Below, in pieces: positions 1 through 15,200 of a stretch of 64,000 nt of DNA. The translations under genes were made by a program, and so were the position numbers. This DNA comes from Yuukianura sp. NJ FZ-2021 (Eukaryota). How positions within the stretch are numbered: the stretch's first letter is position 1; the number at the start of each line of letters is the position of its first letter. The stretch spans positions 4,092,001 to 4,156,000 of the forward strand of contig CM102288.1 in the NCBI GenBank assembly GCA_046563655.1. Direction: 5' to 3'. Under the pieces are notes generated by a model that saw only the letters and a list, made by a program, of their open reading frames with translations, had not been told where the DNA came from and did not search any database.

Positions 1-54
1 TCTTCAACTTTCTCGTTCTCTATTCTCTAAAACATAATTTCATGCTCCACATAC

Positions 55-3000
55 CGAATCAGCGTCCCATTTCTCTCGTCTGGAACAATGACCCTGATGG
101 AAGTGAGAGTTGAGCTGCCTTTGCGATCCTTCCGAAATTTGAGTGCCGCTAGGGCTGATTGTAGCAAAGAAATTGAGTAATTGTTTTGATCAGCCAGAGC
201 TCTCGGAAGAAGTCCGATCATATAGTCCACGTGAGATTCCATGTTACGACCACAAACACAACTCATCACTTCTGACAGCAGCGGAAGAAAGGAATCCGTA
301 GAGTAATTGTCCATCTCTTGTACCTGAAAAATTAGCAAAATTAATCAAAACTTCCAAATACAATTCGAATTTTCTCCAGATCTTGCTCACCTCGCAAACA
401 AATTCGTTCCATTTGTCCAATTTCTTGATGGGAGAAACAAAGTCTTCAAAAGCGACGATAATTTTCCTCAGTTTGTCATAAGACTCTTGTTTCATGGCGT
501 CTGTTCCAGCAATGGCAGTGAAGGAAAAGGGGTACGAGGGGAATGGAGGGTCAGCGACCTTGAGAGGTTCACTCGCTTTGTCGTAGTGGGTTTGAAGAAG
601 TCCACGGATATGCGTATTGAGGGGAGAAATGACCAAGTCCACTAAAACTTCTTCCAAAATGGCGTCAATGTTTAAAAATTCGCATTCATTGAGTAGTTCT
701 CGTTGTCGTTTGATTTCGTTCCGAAGTTCGGCACTTTCCGGACTCACTCCTACGAGGTAATTCTTCATTCCACTGATAAATTGTCTAACGTTCTGCATCA
801 CTTTCTGTAAATCAAAATCACACATTCGAATAAAATCCTCAGAAACTGAAACTTTCAAAGACTTTTGTTTTGAAAAACTCACGAAAGGATCTTGGCTTTT
901 GGCAGCGATTGTACACGAAATAAAACTTTTCAGCGTCGGTCCGAAGAAATCAGATCCATTTTCCGCCAAATCCCGAACTACAGCAGCTATCGTTTTCCCA
1001 GCCTTGTCAACGTTTCCGCTCACTTCCAAAATTTTTGAAATCTACGACAATCAAAAACTGTCAAACCGAAGACTCCATTTAAAAAAAAGTTCGTTAAAAA
1101 TGACTCACTCTTTGTCTCGATTCCGAAATTAGTTTGCTCTCTCGACTCCTGAGTTCTCTTCCGACACCATAAAAATTTCCAGGATCCAGAAGCGTCGTTG
1201 TGGTCGTTGTATTTTCTGGAACTTGAATTGCATCTAGTTGATGCGTCGACTCAGAGACCATTCTGAGTAAATTTTCCCACTTTGAAGAGTCCCATGGAGC
1301 AGAAATCCTTTCTTCCTTATTTTCTAAATCTGACATTTCGTCTCCACCACAACCACTGCCGCCGCCATGCTCAAACTCCGGTTCGCCTTCTGGAAGATCT
1401 CTGGAGTCCAAATTGTCATATCTCGAGAACCGATGGCAACTGAGAGTCGGATGATTCATGTTCATTTGGTCTTCGTCCTGACTCAAGTCTCCTCCATTGT
1501 TATTCGAGTAGTCAACGCACGTCTGACCCACTGGAACTGGAAACTTCTGACTCGCCAGCATCATCCCTTCAGCGTCTCCCTTTTCCCAATTCACAAACTC
1601 CCCTGTTTCAACAAAACAATTTTCAAAATCTAAAAAACTTATCATTCAATGTGTTGATCAATTATTCTAAAAGTTTACATGAGTTGTCCAAGTGCCAAGA
1701 CGTATTAGTAGACACTTCCAAAATTTCATGTTCTTGCCTCCGCTCCTTTTCTATTTTCAAATTGAGATCCGTTGAGCGTTTTCTCGGAGCAGGTTTTGGT
1801 TTAACTGCAAACAAAACACACAAGCAAAGATTAAATTTTTCACACACAATGATCATGTTAAGAGGTCTTTGCTCTTCGGTTTGTAAAACTTGCCAATATT
1901 TTTGTTGGCAGTGGAGAGAGTAATCGTGGTCTCATTTTTATACGTCGCAACTCCTGTGCCTGAGCTCTGCTCTTCCGTCGGTGACACTTGCATATTCACA
2001 CACTGTTTGTTTGCTCCTGTCTCTTCATCATCACTTCCCTGTCTTCCACTCCCGCCACCACAATTAAACTTGCTCTTCGTCCTCTTCCGGATGTCACGCA
2101 GATGACACAGATTATCCACACTCACGCATGTTACGCTCCCCGAATTCCTCGTTTTGACTCCATCATCTCGCCCTACATTCTCCTTCCCGGAATCTTCCTC
2201 AACGAAAGAGCGATTCACATTGACCAAACTACTTCTGAGCATTCTCAGTCTCTGTCCATTCTGCTGACCATCTTCTCCTAGTCCGTGATCCGGACTCTGC
2301 GGAATATCTGGTAAGTAGTGATTGTCTACATTGAGAAGAGACATCATCGCAGGTTGAGACCACCGAATGTTCGGTTCCGAGTGACGATAACTCGTGTTTC
2401 TTCGGAACACGATAGAGTCCACTGGTTCCGAGTACAGAGATGATTTGGATTTGCTTAGAATGCCTTTTGTAGGATTGGTGGGCGTGGGAGTAGGGGTTGT
2501 TGTCACTTTGTCCATAGTATCTGCTCTTCTTCTCTCAACTACTTCTGAAGTTTCTTGATTGACACTGTAGGGTTTCCCATGAAAACTAAGGCGATTTCTG
2601 TTGTTGAAGACTTGAGATGGTCTTAAGTCGAGGTTGTTGTTGTTTACTGCTGACAGAGACTGGAACTTGTGATTGGTTGGATTGGACTTGTAGAGCGTGT
2701 CTAGGTCAGATCCGTAGGAAGAGGCAATCAGATCGGGTTTGAACGTTGAGAGGCGTGGGAGCTCCTGTGGCGTTTGACTAATGGACAAATGCTGCTGCTG
2801 CTGCGGTGACCAGATATCTTCGTAGTCACTTGCTTTGTCATCATACGAAGTTTTAGTCTGCAAAGTAACAAAAAAGTTAACATTAGGATAAAAAAAAGTG
2901 ACAAATGACCATTTTTTGGCAGATCAAAACCGCACAATTAATTCCGCCAACATTTTCCGCATTGAGAAACAACAACAATTTCGTTTGCATTCATCAAAAT

Positions 3001-6000
3001 TTGCACAACTTTCAAATTACAATGGAAGAAGGCTTACGGGCTCTTAAGCCCATTAACTTCTGAAATGCGTTCAACATAAATCATAAGCTCATTGCACAAC
3101 TTACTCAACAAAACGCACAAAAAAGAAAAGAATTTAAGAAAAAGGAAAGTGTTTGAAAGAATTTGACACGCCGGCACACAAAAGAAAAGAGTTATAGCCA
3201 AAAAATCCGTTTTTACACAAAAAAAAACTTTCTGAAACTCTTGAAATCGTGAAAATCTTACGCCTCTGAAAATGTCTAGGATTTCCGTGTCCTTGTAATG
3301 GATTGGTTCCTTTGCGGAGTGATTCGTTGTGATTCGTTTCTTCTTCTTGACCAATCTACCGCCTTTTTCTGAAAATGTTGTTTGAACTTCTGAAGGTGTT
3401 GACTGAATTGATGAAGGGAGGGATAATGGAGTGAGGAGCGTAGAGCGAGACCACCGTGGTGGAACCGGCGGCGGTGTCACGGCACTAATTACACCACAAA
3501 CGCTACTTCCCAGCTCCAGCGTCGTTGGTCTACACGGTCTGTAAAAAACAAAACAAAAAACAATTATTTTCGAAAAAATCTCATTTAGAAAACATGAAAA
3601 CAAAACACATTTTGAAATGTAACATTTCCACGCCGTTCGAACTTAATCGACCAAAACTGGTGTACGACAAGCTATGAAAACCAATAAAAATTTTCAAACG
3701 GCAGTTTTCAAAATTTTTTCATTTCCTTTTGATTAACTTTCTCAACTATTTTTTCCAAATTTTACATAAGTTTTAATTTTCAATTTCTTACTTCCTTCCT
3801 TCAGACAGACTTGTTTGACTTGAGCTCGACTGACTTCCGAGTCCTGACGAATTGAACGTTTTACTCAACTCAGCATCCGATGGACTCAAAATCTCTTTCG
3901 GAGAAGATGGAGTATGCGTCCAGAATTCTGCAAAAAACGAAAAAAATGTAAGAAAGAGACCAGAATTCTTCAAAAACAACGAAAAACAGAGAAGAAAGAG
4001 AAGAATCACTCTTGGTGTGGTTGGTTTAAGTGTCAATTAGTTCAATTCTTTATGTATCAATCATACAAAGTGGTCATTAGTTTTCCCAAATCATACCATC
4101 TTCCTTCCAAATTCAATAAAAGTGCTCCCTTGCTCAATCGTAAGGGCTCCCTAGCCACACCAAGGGCTCATTAATCCTTTACTTATTACACAAAGTCAGT
4201 CTATTGCTAAAAAATCTCAAGGGCCCCAGCCTATCCCTTGATGGGAATCTAATGCCCATATTCGGACGTGGTTTCATCTTCCAAAAAAGAAGCATCTTCT
4301 CCTTGCTCCATCTGACCTTCCAGAATCCACAAAATCCAACACCAAAAGTTTCTCATCCAAAGCTCTCAAGAAAGAAGGGAACCTTGGAAGGCTGTTTAAG
4401 TGTTTTACCACTTTTGTTTAATATTTTAGAACAAGCCCAAGGTTACTTCCTCCTCTAAACTCCATCACCATCATCTCCCTCATCCGCAGCTTCTCTCCAA
4501 CAATTTTATTATTTACGTTCCAACACTAATTTTACTCAACTTACTCCTTACTCAAGAGCGGAGGAAACGAAGATCACGCTCTGCTATTTATAATCTGTCT
4601 TCCTCCAGCCCACGCTCAACTCCTCCTAATCTAATTGACGATGCCTTTTAAATTAGCTTTCCCTCGTAAGTGAAAGTTACTCCCTCCTTAACCCAACTTC
4701 ACACGTCTCCACTCAAATTCCATTCTAATTAATTCCTACTTTAAAAACTACTTTCACTTTCACTCCATTACAAAAATAAACCGGGGTACGAAAGTAGCCG
4801 CTACAACTGTCTTGTCTGTCTGTCTGACAGACGAGCAGACACAATACAAGGACAAACCAATATGTGTCGCTATTAATATATAATACTTATATATAATATA
4901 TAATACTTAATAATAATGACTCACCTTGGCCCAGGAGTGCAAGCGACCGCAGTTGCTGGGTTGTCGTCGCCTCAGCTATGGCCGATGGAACACGAAGGCA
5001 AACTGGGATCTCGTCACTGCAAAAACCAAAACACAAATAAAATCAAAATCCCCCAAAAAGTTATTCATTCATACAAAAACTCCCTCCAATTCAATTCAAT
5101 TCTTCTGAAAAATTATTTTATCAGCGTCTGGACGCTGCTAGAGCGCTGCTTGTACTTTCAGAACCAGATTGTTCCTTGTTTAGAGTGAATTTAGGTACAA
5201 AGTTCTGTTAAACAAGAGTGACAGCTCAGAACACAGAAGGAGCTTCTGAATCAGCGCACAAGATTAAACGTCCACTTTCAAAAATAAACACCCACGCACC
5301 CACAGCACAGCTTAACGTTCTAAATTTTCAAAATTTCAACAATCAAAATTAAACAGAACTTCAATGAAAATGGGTATTCAGAGAATTAAGGTTTCAAAAC
5401 CCTGCCAACTTCAAACACTTCTGTGGGTTCAAGTGTTGAGCAGTCAGTCGGTTGAATCCCACTACCAAAGTTAACATTTCGATTTCACACCAACCGCTAG
5501 TCACTTTGAACCCAGCGTGATTCCCATTTTGCATTTATTTTTCCTAATACCAAATAATTCTGTAATTCAATTTGATAATTCAACTGTTCATGCCTGCACA
5601 TGGACACGCATCGCATTACCATCACTAATTTAATTTATGCCACAAGCTTCACTAAAGAAAGCCAACTTAAGAGCGTGGGAGCCACGACGAACGGCGACAT
5701 CGTCTCCCCCTTAGTTGCTTCTTCTAAGCAATTTGTTAAAAAGTGACATTGAGTGACAAAATTCTCATGCAAAATATTATTCTCCCATCTCCCGGTTTTT
5801 TAAACGTCAAAACGCAAAGTTTAACGTATTATTTCACAAAAAAAATGTTTGCATCTTAAGATTAAGCTCTGCTTATAACTCACCTAACGGTGCTGTAGTG
5901 AGCTATGAGTTGATGGACGGTTTGAAACGTATGAGTTGAATTTTCGAGCGCAATTCGATTGTCCACAGCACGGAGTAGGTAGTGTTCTACCGTATTTCCA

Positions 6001-7624
6001 GGCAGTTTGACTGACACTGCCATCGTCACTGGCAGAGTAGAGCTCCTCACAATGAAATTACCCACTTCACGACCCTACAAGATAAAAAGTGATTAGCAAA
6101 AGTTCAAATGAACAACGAGCGACCACTGCAGCAACTCCAGTTCAAATAAATTATTTACTACTTCCAGATCCACAACACTCAGCATCATCCATCACTCCAA
6201 CCTCAAACAGACGCCATTTTCCCATCAACCCACTTTTTACGACACTCATCATCTCCACTACTCCACAAAAAAGAAACCACACTTCCAATGAAGCAGAAAA
6301 GTGAAGTCAACTTTTCAAACAAACCAAAAACTTGTCCAATCACCATTCTAAATTTCACAATTTCCTTCCCTTTTCTCAAAAAACAAACAAATGAAAACGT
6401 AACGGCTTTTGATGAGATTAGAGTTTTAACAAGAGTAAACATTGGTACGACAAAAAAAATATGTTGTAAACCAATTGACCTCGGCGCTTCATCTTTACAA
6501 TTTTTGGTTTAGTCATGTTGAACTGTCCATGAATTGCTAAATTATCCCTCATTCAATTCAATTATGACTTCATGACATGAAACCCACCACAATTCAAAAT
6601 TCCATCACGAACTCAAGGTCCAGCTCTACGTTTTAACCTTATCCTCAACCTAACCAACCTAAACACAGCGCATGATTTCAAAGTTCCATTGAACAATGGA
6701 CAATCAGCGAACCGAAATAAATGACGGTGTGTGCGTGTAGCCAATTGCCTTTGAAAAGTACAACTCAAAATGTCCGATTAGCAAAACGCATGTTGACTCA
6801 AACTAAAGCTCTGTGCCAAATTCAAAAGAAAACACAAGATAAGCCAAAACCTTAAAAAAACATTTTGAGCCTACCATTTCGGAATCCCCATTTTCCTAAA
6901 GTACAGACACAGATTTTTCGCTAAACTAGAAGTGCCTAATTTGAGCAAACTTTTAGGCTTTTTAGTCCTAGCCAGAGGCTGGTTCATAAAGTTTCTCAAC
7001 CGTAAAAGTTGCAACTTAAACTGACACTTTACAAACCGTCACAGTGTCCTGGATTCAAACTAAACTTCAAAAAAAACTTTAACTTTGCGTTCTCGTCACT
7101 CACAAAAGTTTCATAAACTTTCATTGGATATTGCATGGAAGGAAGCCAAGGAAAAGCGAGCCTTGGAGCTACAAAATCCAAAACTGCTGTCACCACTTTT
7201 TTTAAAGTTTCAAACAATGCCAATTGGAAACCACAAAAGTTTCACTCGAGGCTCAAAGCCCTCCAACTTCTGACAGTTGTAATTACGAACAATGAAAAAA
7301 AATCCTAACAAAGCTTTCGCTTTTACGCCTTCAACTTAACAAAATACGGCAAAAACTGCAATTCAGAACCGAAAGTGAAAGTTGGAGCGTGGTTTTAGGT
7401 TAGTTAGGTTAACAAATACGTTAGTTAGGTTTGTTTTTCATTACCTGAAGTAGGTGGAGTGCTCCTGATCGCTGGAGTGAAGGTAGAAACCAGACAGGAT
7501 GAGTTCGGATCAGTCTCTCCACTAATGGAATTTCGCAGGATGGAGAAGAACTGGAGTCAGTTGAATTGGATCCGGAACTTGATGCATAAGAAGAGCCGGA
7601 AGAGGGAACACAGTCTGACATTGC
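55..7624 (-). CDS. spri: Sprint / Ras-and-Rab-interactor (RIN) family Rab5 GEF (SH2, VPS9, start of RA domain); 3' end lies beyond the left edge of the window
   Basis: Phase-consistent exons (minus): 7624-7445, 6074-5884, 5016-4925, 3927-3792, 3538-3262, 2857-1894, 1804-~1679, ~1602-1109, 1041-883, 804-391, 323-55. Motifs: ERLIRTHPVWFLPSLQRSGALHLLQGREVGNFIVRSS (SH2), LRSLALLGQEFW, PPPVPPRW, DKASDYEDIW, VMQNVRQFISGMKNYL...FLNIDAILE (RIN homology/VPS9 helical bundle), STDSFLPLL (VPS9), IRVIVPDERNG (RA start) followed by a GTATGT donor at 54. Boundaries around 1602-1893 are least certain. Confidence 0.9.
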
Positions 7625-10600
7625 CTAAAACAACAATACAAAAATACAATGACCTTTGGTAAATGCCGGACTAGTATTTCTGGACAGTTGAATGCTGGAC
7701 AAGTATTTTTGGACAGTTTATCGATTAATCCATACATCCACCAATTTACAGGTTTTTTGGATTCTAAATTATGCAGAAAAGGCTTCCGGAATTGACTCAA
7801 TTGAGTCCAAGACACGAAAAGGTAACAAAAATACAAATTCAATAGCCTCCTAATTCCCAAATTCTGGAAAAAAAAATCAATAATTCCAATTCCAAATTCT
7901 GTCCCTCACTTTTCCCCAGAAAAAAGTGAAAGTTTACCTCCATGACTCAATCAATTACCTATTCATGACCTTTCCCCAGACAAAAAAAAACAGAGTAACC
8001 ATACCAACGGCTTTCCCTCTACCAAAATATTCAAAACCTCCGCAGGAAATGGCTTGTCTACTTTTTCAATTCTAGTCTCCCGTTCCCCAATCCAAAACTG
8101 TCACACGAATTGACTACTACTAGCAAACCACTCCATTAATAAAATCTTTCAAATGCCTATTTTCGGTTTCCAAAGATTTAGACAACTTTTGGAAACATGT
8201 CTGTCATAAGTTTAGGTTGAAAGTAAACTTCCGTAAGCCTTGGAGTTGCACTTGAAGTCGGAAGGATTTAGGAAAGGCGGGAGAGGACAAGAGAATTTAT
8301 TTGGTGCAGGAGGGATGGAAGTCTTCCACAAGTTCACCTTGACAGTGAAACTAAAAGTTTGGGAACAAAGGGAAGTGAAAGCGTTGACAGACGCACGAGA
8401 GAGACTAAACATAACCTAAAAATTTCAACCTAAACTTCAACTTCAACCTAACTTACGTTAGGTAAAGTCCCAGTCCATAACTTTCACTTGCAGTTTTACA
8501 AAGTCGCAGCAGGCCTTCTCCATCACCCCAAACCAAATTAATTAACAAACGACTAAACTTAATTCATGTCGCTTTCAATTGGTCACTCCAAAGCCACACA
8601 AAAAAAAATTAAGAGAAGAGTGGGTCAGTGAGTGTTTCATTCTGTTTTCCCCTGTTTTTTAAAATATTTATTATTTATATATTTATTATTATTTATATAT
8701 ATATTATTTTAAAATATTTCGTATTTTCATTTCCTGAAAACAAAAGTAACAAACGGGAAACGTCGAACTGAAACTACTCTAAAAATATTTTTGCAAGAAA
8801 TTCAAAAATAAGTTCAACGGCGTTTTCTCTCGTCCCAACTTTCTCTCTCGCCATAAGCTCCCTAAAGTTCAATTAAACCAATTTTCTATTGTTCTGCTTC
8901 CATTGTTTTTGTTATCTCCGTCAACCTTACGCCAACCAACCACCCTTAAAACAAAATTCGAATACAACAAAGCAACAAGAACCGAAAACCAAACAAAATC
9001 TAGAGTCCCCTCTCTTATTTCTTCCATTTCCTCAATCTCCGTCCCCTCTCCGACCAAATTTAATTCAACAAATGACCCACCACAATAACTTCAAATCAAC
9101 ATCTTATGAAACACTCCCAGCATCCCTCTTGACCTCTAACCCATGACCTCATCTTGCACAAGACACGAACCAGAGACACTGCTCAAGATCAAATCTTCCT
9201 CCAATTCATTCAGCTCCACAAAAAACTCCCAGTCATACAAAAAAAAATCAGAATGCGGGAGCGTTCGTTCCTGGCTCCAGACTTATTTCTTTGGACTTTG
9301 GTCCACTACGCCGCCAAAAAAAAAGCCAAAAGAGAAAGTCCTCGGTTTTCCGCCCGAAAAAAGCGAAAAGCCACTCCTATGTTCTGGGAAGCGTAAAACG
9401 CTTTCTCCTGTCTCCTCTCTATTACAAATTACGATCCGATAAACTCTTCCTCTCCTCCTCAAGAAATCTTTTAAGCTTCCCCGCCAACATCTGATCTTCA
9501 GAGGATTCCAAAACATCCAAGGATTCTTGGATCTCTTTGACAATGGAGGGACCTTCGTCGCCACACTACAATCTCCAGACTCCCATTCCCTCTAAACATA
9601 GTTACTCCCTCCTCGTCCTTCCAATTGAAATCACTTTGTCATCAATAATTCACTTCAGCCAACTAAACTTCTTCTGATGCTCCTCAAACAACAAAACCAA
9701 TTGACTTGTTCATTTCACAACAAAATTCAGTTAGAGCCCAAACTCCATCTGCTACAAAAAAGCACATTTTAAAAAAGTTAACTTTTGAAAAGTTTAAAAA
9801 AGTTCAAACAAAAGAACGTGTTTGTCTAATCCCTCCACTCTGTGCTTGGAAATCTTAATTTAAAAGAGCCTCCCTCATAAGGCCCATTTACAGTTGTAAT
9901 GCGGAGGATTTAAAATTCCTTTGAAAACAAAGTAGAAGTCTCCCCTCATTGTTTCCTTAAAAAGCACATTTCACAAATTACACAAAACACTTTCCCCTCT
10001 TCTCTTCCACTTCAAATCATTTCCTCTCCCAAGAACTTCATTAGCATTGCACTTACAACAAAACTTGGATGTCTACTTTTCAAAATTCAAAATATTCAAA
10101 ATTACACGCCACTCAAAATCTTTTCTCCCACTGCCCAAACAACTTACACTTCAAAAAGCAGTTTAATCTTCACTTCCGGTTTCTTTATCTCACAAATTGC
10201 AAATTGCAATTGAATTAAGAATTGTACTAAAAATCAAAACTAAAGCCGGACACACACCAGCTCCGTGCGTCGCTAGGAGTGGAATGAATCAAACTTTTAG
10301 TAAAAGTGTGAATCAAAAGCTGCTTCTCCATTACACAATTATTTTGCTCCTGGCCAAACTTGGGTTTACTTCTACCGCAAATTCTAAGAATGCAATCATC
10401 TTCATCATCATCTGAGTATTAAGATCCACTACAAAAAGTCACTGGGAAGAGGAGACAAAATGACTCATGTGCCATTGTGTACAAAATAATCATCCGTCCA
10501 TCCTAACCGCTCGCCTGTTTTTGCAACTGTAACAAAAAATGCACCTCTGATGAGAGTTTCATGGCCTTCAACGTTAAACTCCGTACAGAATCCATTCATC

Positions 10601-12165
10601 TCTTGAGAATTTCCGAGAGAACAACAATAAGCAGCAGCAAGGCATTCCATCATGGGAAAAAACTGCACTTGAAAAGAGACATACTTTGCAGCTTCCTTCC
10701 TCCCAGCTCACAAAACATGAATCACTTTGAGCTACTTTGAATTTTCAACATCAATTTCAAAATCTAAAACGAAAAACTTATTCCATCTCCAATTTCCAGA
10801 ATCCTGATTAACTTTTTTTTTCAAAATGAGATTTTCACGCTTCAAAAAATGTGCTTACCAGATCAAGTCGCATCTCTAGAGAATTTGTGCAATCTTCACA
10901 AGTGACACGACTGATCCAATTTCTCTTTCTTTTTCAAAGTTCAATCAACTTTTCTCACTTGACTCTTCCTCTCATCTTCTCACAAGTTCACAACAGTAGT
11001 GTAGAAACTCCACACAAGGAAATTGATTGTAAATTAAGTTTGGAATAAATTAGAGGGAGAAACTAGATCTGTGTGGACCTTGAATTGTTTTAACATGACA
11101 CCATCACTACTCTTTAGTTGTACCTGCAATTAATTAAACTCCACCCAGTCTATTGTTCTGTTCTAACTGTTTCCTGTGACTAGAAGTTCCTCCTTAGCCA
11201 AACGCTCACTCCCAACTAAATTCTGTACAACCAGGGAATGGCAGAGGAATACTTTGGAGGGAGATTCAAAAGAAACTGAGGGCGCAGCAGCACTATTCTC
11301 CTGCTCAAATACTTTCAGAAACTAAGCTCTCTCTTACATGCAATCCCAGTCACTTCCCAAACCAAAAACACCACACACAAAGCGGATTACAATCAAATAA
11401 ATGCACCAAATGCACCTCAACTACAAATGCATCTCTACAAAAAAATATTCGTTTTGGAAAAAAAAGTGGAACTAGAAAAACCAGAAAATCAAAAATTAGT
11501 TTTAGAAAATTAGTTAGATTTAGATTCCAAAAGCGAAAAAATGATTCAAGGATCCAGTTTTTCGTCAGTTTTTTTTAAAGATTTGCCTTCATACATATCT
11601 GGAAAAAAAAAACTATGTTTTTGTACTCGTGGAGGTATTGGATACCCTTGAAATTAAAAGGAAGCTGTTGACAGGGACGTTTGAGATGAAGACAAATGGG
11701 GGAACAGCATGAGGGTACACCCTTGACACTCTCCTCTAAAGGTCACGTCCACACTCCCCCTCTCCCCCCTCAAAATTTCCCGGTTTTTTACTTTTCCGAA
11801 AAACTAGTAAGCCCTAAGCTTAAACTCTCCTCCCCATTCATTTCTCCTTCCAGCAAAAAAAAAGTCGTTCCTGGAGAAAGCATCCTGGAACGACAGAAGA
11901 AGATGCAGATCCAACATCAAGTGCCACGAAACACACTCAACTCTCTCCCTCAATTCGCCCTAGGCCAAAAACGCACTTTTCATCAGCAACTCAAATACTC
12001 AAACGCTATTTTCTCCAACCCTCCCATCCATTTTCACTGCATTCTGCTTCATTTCACAACTTTTTTTTGGAAATCAATGAATTTTTGAACTTTGAACTCA
12101 AAATCTCGACAATGCCAACAATATTTACCACGTTAACTGTTACTTGGAACTTTTAGCGAAACTTT

Positions 12166-12222
12166 AAGTTGCTGCAACTTTTGGCTTATACCAAGTAAAA
12201 GTTGCGGCAACTTTTGGTTTAT
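12166..12222. repeat. Two-copy ~33-nt tandem, each unit with a palindrome AAGTTGC-N-GCAACTT
   Basis: aagttgctgcaacttttggcttat ... aaaagttgcggcaacttttggtttat. Confidence 0.7.
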
Positions 12223-15200
12223 TGCAACCAGGAAAGGTTGTGTGACGTTGAGTGATGCGTAATTCGTAATGTGGCTGGACGTGGATTGAAATAAAAGAAG
12301 ACAAGAGACATAAAGAGAACCTCACTTTCACCTCCACTTTTACTAAGAAATTCACCTCCTGAAAAATTCACAACCACATTCCTTAAAAAACACACGGAAA
12401 AACATCTTAAGAAGATGAGAAAGTAAGAACACACATGGAGCCCACACTCCTCCGGGGGGCTATAAAGTACCCACCACTGCCCCCTGGCCCCTCCCCACCC
12501 AAAACCCACCAACTTATCAACTGAATATCCATTAAGAATTAAAAACATCCCACATAAATATCCCGCATCACAACTCTCCCGGGAATTCCCTCCTCCCCAC
12601 CCACGCTCTAAACTTACAAAAACCGAAGAAAAAACTACCGCAACAAATTTTCTTTTTCCGTAAAATTTAAATTCTAACGGTCAAATAAAATTCACGAAAT
12701 TCTTGATTTGTTGCACCAAAATTTCACTTAAGCCGCACGCACACCACATCCGGGCGAATTTTTTCGTGTGAGTCTTGTGACACATTTGTCAAAATCTAAT
12801 CACTCCTCACGATTTCATTTTTACCAGCGTTTTTTCTCCTACTTTCACATCTTTCCCGCGAAAATTCCTCTTTACCCCGATTTTCCAAAACACAAAAGAA
12901 TGCAAAGTGCAGTTTTTTCCAAAATTTAAAAAATTCCTTCCAATTGAATGGAAAATCAAACAAAGGGATGAGGATCATCCATGCCCAAGTGCATCTCTCT
13001 GATCTTCCATGATCTCCAAATATGTGCTCTATTGATCTTCCCATCTCTCCCTCCCAAAAAATCTCTAGTTTTGCTCCCTCTTTATTGTGCAGCTTAAATC
13101 TCTCTTTTCAGAGGCAGAACTTCAATTATTCCACTTCCTTTGTTCAAATATTTCCAAAAAGTGGCCCCCCACCCACCAAAAATTTCAAAACAATGAAATT
13201 CCTCAGCGGCTCTTTTCCAAATTACCTCCATCTTCCCAAAATATCAAAATTCTTTTCAAAAAACTAAATCTAAAGCCACGCGCACACCAACAACCCAAAC
13301 CCCAAAACTTTATGCTTTCTCTGTTTTTTTTTATGTCTGCCTAAATTTGAAACGTCTGCCAAAGAAACTAACGGCTTTCACTTTTTAGTTTTTCGAGGAA
13401 TAGCTGGCACAAGAAAAAAACCGGCTCTTATTTTGTTTTTATGTCGAAATTGGAAAAGCGGCGCCAGAAAGTGAAATTCTGCGTCCGCATGAAGGATTGA
13501 GGATGAGAAATAAATTAGAACATTAAAGGTGAGATCAAGACATTTATTATTGCGAAGGCCATTCTGCATTCGGTTTCTTGCCCATTTCCGATGCCCGGGA
13601 CGCAGGCTGGCTGTTGTTCCCCGGGGACCTGACTCCGCTTCCTCCAACATCTAAACCTCCTACCTCTCCTCCACCATCTTAACAGCCCCCCCCCCCCTGG
13701 ATCTCAGGTGTTAAGCGAAGGCTAAATTACGTTTTAACAATTTCCCCAAAGAGCAAGGCAAGGTGATGTTTCGGTGGACTGAGTCCCCCTCCATAGTCTA
13801 AAACACTACGACATCCGCTACTTTTAGTTCCAGGGGAAATGGACAAGAAAAACAAATTAGGAGAAAGCACATATCTTGATGGGGGGAGGGGGAGGGTGGA
13901 CTACGGATTACGTAGTCCGTGAATTGTTCCACCCAGCAGCACAAACCTCATTCCATATTCAGGACTTCATTCCGCACACAAATGCATTTCCCTCAATCAT
14001 TCTGTCACCACCAGCAAAACTCCATTATGCAAAAACTACTCCCCATACAACTTCAAACGAACTTACTTTTCAAAATATCCTGTTTTTTAAAACTAAATTC
14101 TAAACAACCATCACAAAAATATAACCCATTTTTGTGAAAATGTTGGTTATGAAGAATTGCTATGTAATGATTGCTTTTCGACATAAAAGCCTCCGAGGGA
14201 AATTCTCCGCGGTAAAATTATGAAAATTCAAGGGGCTCTTAAGTGGCTTTTTGACGCCTCCCCAGTGTCCAAATTCACATGAACAATGAATATCGAACTG
14301 ACTACTATTACCTCTGCATGCACTTGAGTTAATTGAGTCATTACACAACCTAACTAACCCATTTAAAGTCAAACATCATCTTCCCCTAACCTCATTTCAA
14401 ACATTTCAAAAGCACTCCCCACTCCCCAGAGCAAAAAGAGAAAGCACTCAAATCAAACTGGGGCCCAGTGAAAGTCAGTTTCTGTTTTAGTATCCTTTTC
14501 CCAATTTACGACAATTCTAAAACCTCATCTCATTTCCTACAATTACATTTGAACATTCCCAGTGCGCAGCAGCCTTAAAGTTCCATAACTCTCCAGTGTC
14601 ATTCCTGTCCATTGGCTACGCTCAATCCCCCCGAATATGTAATACGGAATATGTAAAATATGCGTGGAATATGTTTGCCCAAGAAGCTTTCGGTGGATAT
14701 TAGGCTTGTGGAAAGTGAATTTGAGAGAGGCTTTTCATAAGATTAGGCCTAAGCTCCACAGCTCCCTATGTACTACCAGGTATCCTAACTTTTGCTTTCT
14801 CCAACAACTTTCTCCCTCCAAAAACATAAAGAAAGCAACCGGTAGACAGTGTAAGAAGACAGTAAACAAAATCAATGCGCTTAGCAGCCCACGAACCATC
14901 GCTTCTTCTCCGGCCTTAATAGCCTCCTTCCAGTGCTCTACCCTAACATACCAAAACACATTCTACAAATCTCAAACAACATAGGACTACGCAGTATTAT
15001 TATTTACGTTTCATTGGATTTTCAATTTAGAACAACACAACTCGTTACGCGCCTGCTTCGAACCGGAGTTCAACTTAAGCCCAACTCGCACCGTTTTTTA
15101 ACTTAAGCCTGTGTCGCACAGAAGTTCTAACAAAACTTAAAAATCTCTGAAATTCCTTTCCGCCTTGCATAAAGTAAAGCTCAAAGGTCATTGTTTTTAT

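Noticed and set aside
27..54. Stop at 27 as the true end of sprint (...IRYVEHEIMF*)
   Set aside because: It would truncate the RA domain. A GTATGT donor at 54 indicates the gene continues beyond the window edge.
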